Shown here piece by piece: positions 24,201 to 36,200 of a DNA stretch of 64,000 nucleotides. A model generated the notes under the pieces. The model did not search any database and had not been told where the DNA came from. It saw nothing but the letters and a program-made list of their open reading frames with translations. The stretch spans positions 434,001 through 498,000 of the forward strand of contig NIVC01000422.1 of NCBI GenBank assembly GCA_002269645.1, written 5' to 3'. The DNA is from Macrostomum lignano. Taxonomy: Eukaryota. A program made the position numbers and the translations under genes. The first letter of the stretch is position 1. Each line of letters opens with the position of its first letter.

Positions 24201-27200
24201 TTGGGTAGATTGTTTGTTGTCCTGCAGTTCTAGTAGGGGTTGAGTAGATTGTTTGTTATCCTGCAGTTCTAGCAGGGATCGGGTAGATTTTTGTCCTGCA
24301 GTTCTAGTAGGGATCGGGTATTGGGTAGATTGTCTTCCCTAGATTATAGATTTTTTCGATGGATTGTTCTGATGTCGGAGTGAACATATTTTTGTTTTAA
24401 AGTTTGTGCTAATAGAGGCCAATATCGCAGTTTTAAGAAACGTTTTCTTTAACAGAAAATATTTTAAAACTGTTTTGTCAACGCTATTTTTTACAAAGTC
24501 AATGCTTTTGTTTTAAATAAATCGTAGAAATTTTTTTCGCATTTTTTTCAGTTTAATTTTATTTTTCTGTGATTAGTGAGCAATTGTAAAAATAGTTGTA
24601 TAAATTTAATACTTATAAATGATATAATTTAGGCTTACGCAACAACCGTGCTTACTTAGTTCAATTAGAAGGCTTTCAGTGCCATCGAGTGCCAACCGAA
24701 CTTTAGTAACTTTAGTAATTATGTACTCCTTAGCTGTTGTGCATTTTGTTTCTACTACAGGGTGAAGCCCCTATGGTGTGTAGTGGTGGATATGTAATAC
24801 GAGACCTCCTCCAGCTTGACTTGTAGTGCACATAACACACGAATATACACAGCATATATGCGATCGAGGCCAATTTTGTAATTGAACTTATTTTTAGCAG
24901 GGACGAAGCCTGTGGCAGCAGTAGTTCGAGTGCAAGCAATACGGGCAGATTTCGCAGGCAGTTGCTATCAATGCCAGCTTCGCCCTATTATTGTTTAACT
25001 GCGCCATTGACTAAGTGCGTAAGATTATAATTGAGCTCTCGGTGCTTGTTTGTCTGCGGCGGGCATGCTCATCTTTACTTATTTATTTTTTCTAACCATC
25101 GACGGGACTAAATTTAATTTGGCCTTGATTATCGGCACTCTTAGTCCTACTAGCGAGAGGCAACGAGAGGCGATTGACTAATTAAGATAAGACCGCCAAA
25201 TATTGGGTTTAGATAAGATTTTACATGCACAAGTATAACTGTAGTCTTCCAACCTGCTCTAAAGGGGTTAATTAAGGTCAATGGGACTGGAAGTATTTTC
25301 CGTCTAAGGCAAGATACCAAATTTGCTCTAATGTAAATATTTATCAAATGTTTTCTTGTTCCACTTCATTTGAAGAAAACCCTATTGAATTAAAGGCCTA
25401 TTAGAAATCGGTATTTTGCAAATTTGTACGGCCCCACGAACTATAATTACTATGAGATTAACACCGGGGCACTTATTTTATTTATTACTTAACTTTGCTT
25501 CGGTTGAAAATATAACTAACTGCACAGCTTCACAACTTCACGCCTTCCAACAGCCTCCCTCAAGCCCACTCCATTTCACAGTCTCCCTCAACCCCACCAC
25601 ATTTCACAGCCTCCCTCAACCCCACCACATTTCACAGCCTCCCTCAACCCCACCACATTTCACAGCCTCCCTCAACCCCACCACATTTCACAGCCTCCCT
25701 CAACCCCACCACATTTCACAGCCTCCCTCAACCCCACCACATTTCACAGCCTCACTCAACCCCACCACATTTCACAGCCTCCCTCAACCCCACCACATTT
25801 CACAGCCTCCCTCAACCCCACCCTATTTCACACCCCCCCTAAACCCCACCACATTTCACAGCCTCCCTCAACCCCACCACATTTCACAGCCTCCCTCAAG
25901 CCCACCCCATTTCACAGCCTCCCTCAAGCCCACCACATTTCACAGCCTCCCTCAAGCCCACCACATTTCACAGCCTCCCTCAACCCTACCCCATTTCACA
26001 GCCTCCCTCAACCCCACCACATTTCACAGCCTCCCTCAACCCCACCACATTTCACAGCCTCCCTCAACCCCACCACATTTCACAGCCTCCCTCAACCCCA
26101 CCACATTTCACAGCCTCCCTCAACCCTACCCCATTTCACAGACTCTCTAAAGACCACCCCATTTCAGACCCTCCGTCAACCCATCCCATTTCACACCCTC
26201 CCTCAACCCACCCCATTTCACACCCTCCCTCAACCCACCCCATTTCACAGCCTCCGCCAAATCTTCAACGAAACTTTCACCAACAATCTGCTAATTTAAT
26301 TTTGGCACGGGACTGGATGTTTTCAAATTCTATTGCAGCGAGGGCTCAACTCTATTTCAACGCGACAAAAAGCGCCGGCCAATTTGGAGTTTAGTGGATC
26401 GGTAATTGCAGAGAGTAGCGTCGCCTACAGTTTGTTGTTTTGTCATTTAAATTTTGTTTTTTATTTTGAAATTTTTGTTAAAAGAAAGAACTGACAAAAA
26501 CAGATATAGTTGCTTTTCATAGCGCTTTGCTTGGCTTTAAATCTCTTTCAAGCTGTACTTTCTAAGAATGGTAAAGTTGGTTATATTTGTTATGTTATGT
26601 TATATTGTTATAGTTTACGAACAACTAAAGAAAGAGGTTTCGAACTTGTGAAAGCCGACTAATCTACGTAAACCCTGACAAACATCTAGTAATGTTGAGA
26701 ATAGGAATAGGTAGATCTAGACATTTGAGCACGTCCAGAGAGTTGAGACCCAAACGAAAAAAAACTTTTTAACCAGGTCTTCGAGTGAACTTGTTTTTTT
26801 CATGTTTCCAAAATTGTTATTTGTTTTATTTTGAATTACTACTAATCCTCGATTAAGTTTCGAAGTGTTACATTGTTTGTCATTACGCAATATGTGCCAT
26901 AAATTACGTACTGTGGCTTCACCACACTTAAGGTGCAAATATTTTTACTCAGCATGACACTGCTGGTCAAACTTAAAAAAATTATTGCATTTTTGCTTTA
27001 GGTTATTTTTTCTCCGCTTGCACGATAGCAATCGGGTATTGCTTGAAGTGGGAGAAAGTTCTACATGTGATTGTAGACGGGTCACTTTATTCACTGTGAC
27101 TCTCTTCGATTCTGGATTCCCCTTCAATACGGGATTCCCCTTTGGTAAGGGATTCCCCTTCGATTCTGGATTCCCCTTCAATACGGGATTCCCCTTTGGT

Positions 27201-30200
27201 AAGGGATTCCCCTTCGATTCTGGATTCCCCTTCTATACGGGATTCCCCTTCTATACGGGATTCCCATTCGATAAGGGGTTCCTCTTCGATAAGGGATTCC
27301 CCTTCGATAAGGGATTCCCCTTCGATAAGGGATTCCCCTTCGATTCTGGATTCCCCTTCTATACCGGATTCCCATTCGATAAGGGGTTCCTCTTCAATAA
27401 GGAATTCCCCTTCGATCCGGAATTCCCCTTCGATACGGGATTCCCCTTCGATACGGGATTCCTCTTCGATTTTGGATTCCCCTTCAAGAAGGATTGAAGG
27501 AATTCCCATTCGATTCTGGATTTCCCCTCGATGAGGAATTCCCCTACAATACGAGATTTTCTTTCGATAAAGAATTCCTTTTCTATATGGGATTCCCCTT
27601 CGATACGCAATTCCCTTTACCTTGAAGTTGTCTGAACGTTTTGCAATACTGCCAAACTTGACTAAAATCTGTACGTCTAATTGAGCATAGCTTGGGATTG
27701 CCTGTTGCCATGGTCACTACCCGGTTGCTATGCAACTGATGCACGGTGTTTGGCATGCTAGGGTTTCTTAATCCTGCGGGGAGGATTACCAGCTAGTGAC
27801 GTTATAAAGTCTCACTCATTTCGCAGCTGGCAATCCTTGGCTAGCAACAGTCGCCCTGGCGAAGAATCCTACGAAGACTGGGGCTCCGTGGAGCTCGGGC
27901 CCAATTGCCTGGTTGACGGCAGCGGCAGCAGCCCCGGCGAATCGGACGGCGCAACCGGATTGGCTGAGAAGCCGCCACTGCCTCCCGATACTCAGTGAGT
28001 TTCATATATACAAGTAAATATTGCTACTTGCACTATTTTTGCTACTGAAAGTAGGCAAGTAAAGCTTATTAAGTTCGATTTTATTCAGGTAGCTCTAAAA
28101 CCATGGTGATTTCAGAAGGATGGAAATTCACCTTGTTTTTTAGAAAATATAAAACCGAGATCAAGAATCGCGTTTTAGTATGGTTATAAAACAAAAAAAT
28201 GAAGCAGCACAGAAAGTAGTCTTTAATTTTAAAATATTGTTTAATACAATATTTGTCTACTATTAGTAGGCAAGCATCGCATATTGTGCGCTTATTTTAT
28301 TAACTTATTATTTTCTGTACACCATTTTGTCTACTAATAGTAGGCAAGTTCCGCATATAGTATTGCTATTGTATATATAATCTTAAGTTACTAAAGCACG
28401 AAATCTTTTCTCTTGCAGACTTGAGCGCGGTACAGAAGTGCGCGGCACTTGGCCCAGGCATCGACCCAGGTAAATTATTAAAAAATCATCTGTTTAGTAA
28501 TAATACTATTAAATATCGATTTTAATCAGCGATTTCATACGATTTTTGCTTGCTAAATTTCGACCAATGTCAATTTGCATGTTTCTCCATTACTATACTT
28601 AATTTATAATCTGTAAATAATTATAATAATTTACTAAAGGCCGGACAATATAAAGTTGAATGTCCCGTCACGGAGTCCATCTTTGAGGTCGCCGCATCCT
28701 TCAAATTCTAGACGATCGTAAGAGCCTATGGCAAAATCGATATTTTTATTTGCCTTATATTTTAAGGAAGCTATTTATGTTTTTTTATTAGAGGTTTAAT
28801 CTAACTTTAATTACTTTTCTTCTTTTTCAACAACCTATCTAGACACTGCTTTTGTTCCTTTTGACTAATAATTGTTAAAAGACCTTTAACAGCTTTTGTT
28901 TGCTCTTTTGTGGGGTACATGTGGTAGCTTGCCTGTGGTTCGATCCCTAATAGATTGCGGTTTTGAGATTTCCTTAATAAGTGTGTCTTATTGTCAAACT
29001 AATCGTTATGCTGTAAATATTACTAATATTATTTATTCGCTTGCTAATTCAGTTTACCGTTTTGATTTGCAGAAATTGTAAAATTTAATAAATATTATTT
29101 TTTTTCTTTTAATCTATGTAAATAATTGTACGAAGAGTGAGAGACGGAGTTTAGACAGATAGATAGAAAGGGATAGAAAAGAGGAGGAAGAGAAGAGATC
29201 GTTGAGAAGAGGGGAGGGAGAGAAGAGATCGGAGAGAGAGAGAAGATCGGAGAAAAGAGGGGAGGGAGAGAAGAGATCGGAGAGAGAGAGAAGATCGGAG
29301 AGAAGAGGGGAGGGGGAGAAGAGATCGTTGAGAAGAGGGGAGGGAGAGAAGAGATCGGAGAGAAGAGGGGAGGGGGAGAAGAGATCGGAGAGAAGAGGGG
29401 AGGGAGAGAAGAGATCGGAGAGAAGAGCGGAGAGAAGAGATCGGAGAGAAGAGGGGAGGGAGAGAAGAGATCGGAGAGAAGAGGGGAGGGAGAGAAGAGA
29501 TCGGAGAGAAGAGGGGAGGGAGAGAAGAGATCGGAGAGAAGAGGGGAGGGAGAGAAGAGATCGGAGAGAAGAGGGGAGGGATCGGAGAGAAGAGGGGAGG
29601 GATCGGAGAGAAGAGGGGAGGGAGAGAAGAGATTGGAGAGGGGAGGGAGAGAAGAGGGGAGAGAAGAGTGGAAATAGAAGAGAGGAATGAGATATGATTA
29701 TTGCTGCTTAGTAAAGCTTGAAATTCAAAATAGCAATAATACATTTATAATTGTAGCTATTAGAATATAGAATGCTTTAACTTCATTTAGATGAGACATT
29801 TTGTTGCAGCTTTTAAGTTGGATTGCAGTTTTAACGAGTATCAATAATTGCGTTCTTCGTTCCTCTGTAGCTATTACAGTGCCACTAGCCTCACTGTGAA
29901 TGAGTCAGCAAACCTTTTTCGCCACATTTCCTTTCCCTTGACCAATGCACTACGGGGTATTCGCACTGTACATTTCTTTCTTTCCCAAGTGAATATGCTA
30001 TTATTGGTTCGCGCTAAAAGCAACAACCACGCCCTTGAAAACATACTATATTGACTGGGCAAATGCAGTGAGACAGGATGGGATTAATCCTGCCTTAGTA
30101 GGACCTGTGTAGTTTAAGTATTATAGCATATCAATGTCAAAATAGCAATTAGACAAGTGATTGATGATTAAACTGTCTAGCTAATTATCTATGTATCTAA

Positions 30201-33200
30201 TCTTCATATAAATATGGCTCCACGGAATCAGGTGTAAGTGAATTTATTGTTTGTCTCCTATTTTAACAAATTTATGAAACTTTGCAGAAAAAGGAACGAA
30301 AACTATAGGTGAAAAAGTAATGGAATTTTAATGAACCCATTAATTGATTTACTAAATTAGAGAAGAGAGAAGAAAGAGAAGAGGGGAGGGAGAGAAGACG
30401 GGAGGGAGAGAAGAGAGGAGAGAGAGAAGAGAAGAGGGTGGGAAGAGAAGAGGGAGATAAGAGAGGAGGGAGAGAAGAGAAGAGGGTGAGAAGAGAAGAG
30501 GGAGAGTAGAGAGGAGGGAGAGAAGAGAGGAAGGAGAGAAGAGGGGAGTGAGAGAAGAGGGGAAGGTGAGAAGAGAAGAGGGTGAGAAGAGAAGAGGGTG
30601 AGAAGAGAGGAGGGAGAGAATAGAAGAGCGAGAGAAAAGAAGAGGGTGAGAAGAGAGGAGGGAGAGAAGAGGGGAGTGAGAGAAGAGGGGAAGGTGAGAA
30701 GAGAAGAGGGTGAGAAGAGAAGAGGGAGAGAAGAGAGGAAGGAGAGAAGAGGGGAGTGAGAGAAGAGGGGAAGGTGAGAAGAGAAGAGGGAGAGAAGAGA
30801 GGAGGGAGAGAAGAGGGGAAGGTGAGAAGAGAAGAGGGTGAGAATAGAAGAGGGAGAGAAGAGAAGAGGGTGAGAAGAGAGGAGGGAGAGAATAGAAGAG
30901 GGTGAGAAGAGAGGAGGGAGAGAATAGAAGAGGGTGAGAAGAGAGGAGGGAGAGAAGAGGGAGTGAGAGAAGAGGGGAGTGAGAGAAGAGGGGAAGGTGA
31001 GAAGAGAGGAGGGAGAGAAGAGAGGAGGGAGAGAAGAGAGGAAGGAGAGAAGAGGGGAGTGAGAGAAGAGGGGAAGGTGAGAAGAGAAGAGGGAGAGAAG
31101 AGAGGAGGGAGAGAAGAGAGGAGGGAGAGAAGAGGGGAAGGTGAGAAGAGAAGAGGGTGAGAAGAGAGGAGGGAGAGAAGAGAAGAGGGTGAGAAGAGAG
31201 GAGGGAGAGAATAGAAGAGGGTGAGAAGAGAGGAGGGAGAGAATAGAAGAGGGAGAGAAGAGAAGAGGGTGAGAAGAGAGGAGGGAGAGAAGAGGGGAGT
31301 GAGAGAAGAGGGGAGTGAGAGAAAAGGGGAAGGTGAGAAGAGAAGAGGGTGAGAAGAGAGGAGGGAGAGAATAGAAGAGGGAGAGAAGAGGGGAGGGTGA
31401 GAAGAGGGGAGGGAGAGAAGAGAAGAGGGTGAGAAGAGAAGAGGGAGAGAAGAGAGGAGGGAGAGAAGAGAAGAGGGTTTACATTCGAAACAGTACTAAT
31501 TATAGATTCATAATCATAAGTAAAAAACTTTAAAAAAGTAATCAAACATAATAACTAAGTAAAAATATTATGAAATTATTTTTGTAAACCCTCATAGTCG
31601 ACCGCGTCAGTTAGTCTCGCCATTGTCCTACTATGGGTATTGAACTATAATTTTCTTAAATTTGTATTGTGTCGTTAAATAAATTAGATTAGTCGGATTT
31701 TATCACGACTAGATAAATATTTCTACGTTTTATTATAATTGCCAATTTTTTCTTCAACAAGTTGCCTCTCATGTCCTGACAATTTTACTTTCAGTTCTCG
31801 CAGCGGTGCTTTGCTATTGAATGGGTAAGAAAGACTTGTTTTCCAAAAAGCCACCTGTCACTACTTGAGGAGTCCCTGATAACCAACAGTAGGGATTGCA
31901 GCCAAATTGCTTACTAAATAATCCCTATCAGATACCAGTGTATATTTTTATTCTAACATATTCATTTGAGTCGGTTTGTATATATATATATATTATTTAA
32001 TTATTATTGGCAATTATTAGCTTCCTTTAGTTAACGATGCATGGCTGTGTTGTTTATTTTCGGTTTTAGTTTCAGCTATAAGGTAGAAGTATACCTTAAC
32101 CTAATTTTCAAATAGCTCCATGCATGAACCCACCCTTCTACTTGTCAGTAGAGCAGTTAGGTTAGTTGTCGCATTCGATGCATTTTCATTTTGGCTGGCC
32201 CAATAAATGCATATAATATTCTTTTCAATACTTTCTTAACGCAATAAAAATATTTAGAGACTACGACGGTTTTTACCTTCACAAACTCCCACACACACAA
32301 AAAGTGTATTCCGCACACATCATCTACTACTATGTATACCCATTTGAAATTAATATAAAAAAGTTAAAAATAACTAACACAATCCCAAAATTTCAAACTT
32401 CTGTGTAAATCGTAGTCTTTTTTGTCATTTTAAGCGTGTGCGAATCGCTTAACCAACGTACTTCGTAAGAAAAACAAAGTTATTATTTAGTTTTGCATTG
32501 TCTTAGTTGTCTTAGTTGTCTCGTAAGTAAATATCATAAACCCGAAATATCAAAAACCCGAAATATCACAAACCTGAAATATCAAAAACCCGAAATATCA
32601 CAAACCTGAAATATCACAAACCTGAAATATCACAAACCTGAAATATCACAATCGCAAAATATCATAAACCCGAAAAATCACAAACCCGAAATATAATAAA
32701 CCCGAAATATCATAAACCCGAAATATCAAAAACCCGAAATATCACAAACCTGAAATATCACAAACCTGAAATATCACAATCGCAAAATATCATAAACCCG
32801 AAAAATCACAAACCCGAAATATAATAAACCCGAAATATCACAAACCCGAAAAATCATAAACCCGAAATATCACAAACCCGAAATATCATAAACCCGAAAT
32901 ATCATAAACCCGAAATATCAAAAACCCGAAATATCAAAAACCCGAAATATCATAAACCCGAAATATCACAAACCCGAAATATAATAAACCCGAAATATCA
33001 TAAACCCGAAATATCATAAACCCGAAATATCACAAACCCGAAATATAATAAACCCGAAATATCATAAACCCGAAATATCTTAGTTTTAAACCCAAACCCA
33101 AAATATGACAAACCCGAAATATGACAATCCCGAAATATCACAATGCCGAAATATAATAAACCCGAAATATCATAAACCCGAATTATCATAAACCCGAAAT

Positions 33201-36200
33201 ATCATAAACCCGAAATATCACAAACCCGAAATATAATAAACCCGAAATTTCTTAGTTTTAAACCCAAACCCAAAGTAAACCCAAACCCAAAATATGACAA
33301 TCCCGAAATATCACAATGCCGAAATATCATAAACCCGAATTATCATAAACCCGAAATATCATAAACCCGAATTATCATAAACCCGAAATATCACAAACCC
33401 GAAATATCACAAACCCCAAATATCACAAGTCTGAAATATCATAAACCCGAAATATCACAAACCCGAAATATCATAAACCCGAAATATCACAAACCCGAAA
33501 TATCATAAACCCGAATTATCATAAACCCGAAATATCTTAGTTTTAAACCCAAACCCAAAATAAACCCAAACCCGAATATCACAAACCCAAAATATCATAA
33601 TCCCGAAATACCATAAACCCGAAATATCTTAGTTTTAAACCCAAACCCAAAATAAACCCAAACCCGAATATCACAAACCCAAAATATCATAATCCCGAAA
33701 TACCATAAACCCGAAATATCATAAACCTGAAATATCACAAACCCAAAATATCATAAACCCGAAATATCACAAACCCGAAATATCACAAACCTCAATTATC
33801 ACAAGTCTGAAATATCACAAACCCGAAATATCATAAACCCGAAATATCACAAACCCGAAATATCACAAGTCCGAAAACTAAAATAGCAACGCCCTTTGCT
33901 AGCACCTGTGCTGTAATGATATTTCTGATGCCCCCCCTCGCGGCTCCGTTGGTTGCATGGCTAATGAATGTACATCTGTAACGCGTACATATAAATGTAC
34001 ATTAGCTGGTTCGCAGGGTGGTGGAGGGTGTAAGATTTAGCCAGGACGGACGGTTGGGAATTTCGGAATGGAATGAAATTTCGGCGGAAAAGGTCGAGTT
34101 TTTTATGTACACTCGCTCCACTCTCCGTACGTTACTTAGTACAGCGACAACAAGGGGGTTGGCTGTTGTCCTTTACCATGAAAAATACCCTGAAACTACT
34201 CTGCCTCTCCTGCTCAGACTGCACCCTTTAACCCATGGACTGGGCTGGACTAATGTGGTCTATATAGTGTACAAAACAAACTAATGAAAAGAAGACTGAC
34301 TAGAGAAACTGCATGTTGCAATTGTAGGCAACAGAGAATACTGTGTGTCTTAGTTCTACCAATTTTTGCACCTGCGCATATATAGACAGTGCAAAATATT
34401 CAATGTATTATTGTATTTCAATCGTTTTTTGCGTTCTGTTTTTTTCATCATTATTAAAAAATAATTTGCGCGTTACCTGTTGGTTAAATTAAAGCGACCA
34501 AGAACCGAGAGCAATTATAATCTTTTTTTACAATTAACCTGACCTGATTTGACATCATTCGCCGGCCCTCATTTCTCAGCATTCATCGACCGCCGTCTGC
34601 TACACAGCTGGCCCAGCAGCTGTACAGCACGTCGAGCGGTCGGTCGAGTCCGAGAACCTCCGGTGATGGTATGTTCTACGACGAGGTCGACTACCCAGAC
34701 CCTGGCATATACACCGATGCTATGAACGACCAGTTCAAGATATTGAATGAGCGGGTGAGCTTTCCAACCTTTCTAATTGCCCTCTGATTCCCCTGTGAAT
34801 TGCCCTCTGATTCCCCTGTGAATTGCCCTCTGATTCCTGTCAATTGCTCCTCTGATTCCCCTGTGAATTGCCCTCTGATTCCCCTGTGAATTTCCCTCTG
34901 ATTCCCCTGTGAATTGGCCACTGATTCCCCTGTGAATTGCTCCTCTGATTCCCCTGTGAATTTCCCTCTGATTCCCCTGTGAATTGGCCACTGATTCCCC
35001 TGTGAATTGCTCCTCTGATTCCCCTGTGAATTGCCCTCTGATTCCCCTGTGAATTGGCCACTGATTCCCCTGTGAATTGCTCCTTGATTTCTCTGTTAAT
35101 TCCCCTGATTTCCCTGTGAATTTCCCTCTGATTCATTTGCGAATTTCCCAACACATCGCCAGATCGACCAGCTGACCCAAAGCCAGTCCCAGGCTGACAC
35201 GCGGCACAACAAGCTGATGGAAGAGAATCAGCTTCTGCGCGAGCGGCTCAACAGACAAGAGGACGACTTTCGCGAGGTCGAAGCCAAACTAAGACGCAAA
35301 ATTGAGGAGGACAAGTCGCGGTGGAAAGCCAAGTTAAACAAAATTACCAAGGATAAGGAGGCCGAAATTGAAAGGCTGGTTGACAAGTAAGTGAATTTCT
35401 GATATTTCTTTTGATGAGCTGTTGTAAAATTATTATTTAATTAAACTTCATGGGGCTTAATTACTTAATCTTTACAAACCCCCGGGGAGAGAGTTTTATT
35501 AGGGGTTTGACTTTAACACCCGCGCGGGAGAGAGTTTTATTAGGGGTTTGACTTTAACACCCGCGCGGGAGGGAGTTTTATTAAGGGTTTATGACTTTAC
35601 CACTCCTGCTGGAGAGAGTTTTATTAGGGGTTTGACTTTAACACCCGCGCGGGAGGGAGTTTTATTAAGGGTTTATGACTTTACCACTCCTGCTGGAGAG
35701 AGTTTTATTAGGAGTTTGACTTTAACACCCGCGCGGGAGGGAGTTTTATTAAGGGTTTATGACTTTACCACTCCTGCTGGAGAGTGTTTTATTAGGGGTT
35801 TATGACACTCACGTACATTTTTCCACGTTAGACTAGATTCCAAAAGATTGCTATTTTTTATTTGTAAAAATAAAATCGTTTATTTTAAAAAATAGTTAAT
35901 TTTTGTCTTGTAGAACTCGAGAATGCGAAGAGTATTATTGCAGGTTAGACTTGTATCTGTTACATGTATCTTAAAGAAATAAGTAATGATACTTGCGGTA
36001 AAATTTAATTTCAACGATATTTACAACTAAACTTATATTTTATCCCCCCCCCTTAAGATCCATTATCTCATTGGTAATAATCATTGAATCATCTTTCAAA
36101 AGTGGTGATTGCCCCCAGTTGCCTCGATTTTAGGAGGATTAGTGCGCCTTGTATTTATTATGTTATTCAAAATTTAATTGCAACCAGTTGCAGGGCAGTA

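Noticed and set aside
24901-24960. Additional 60-nt phase 2-2 FIP exon (QDEACGSSSSSASNTGRFRR)
   Set aside because: It has a good acceptor and an open frame, but the donor (gttgct) is too weak to call without RNA data.
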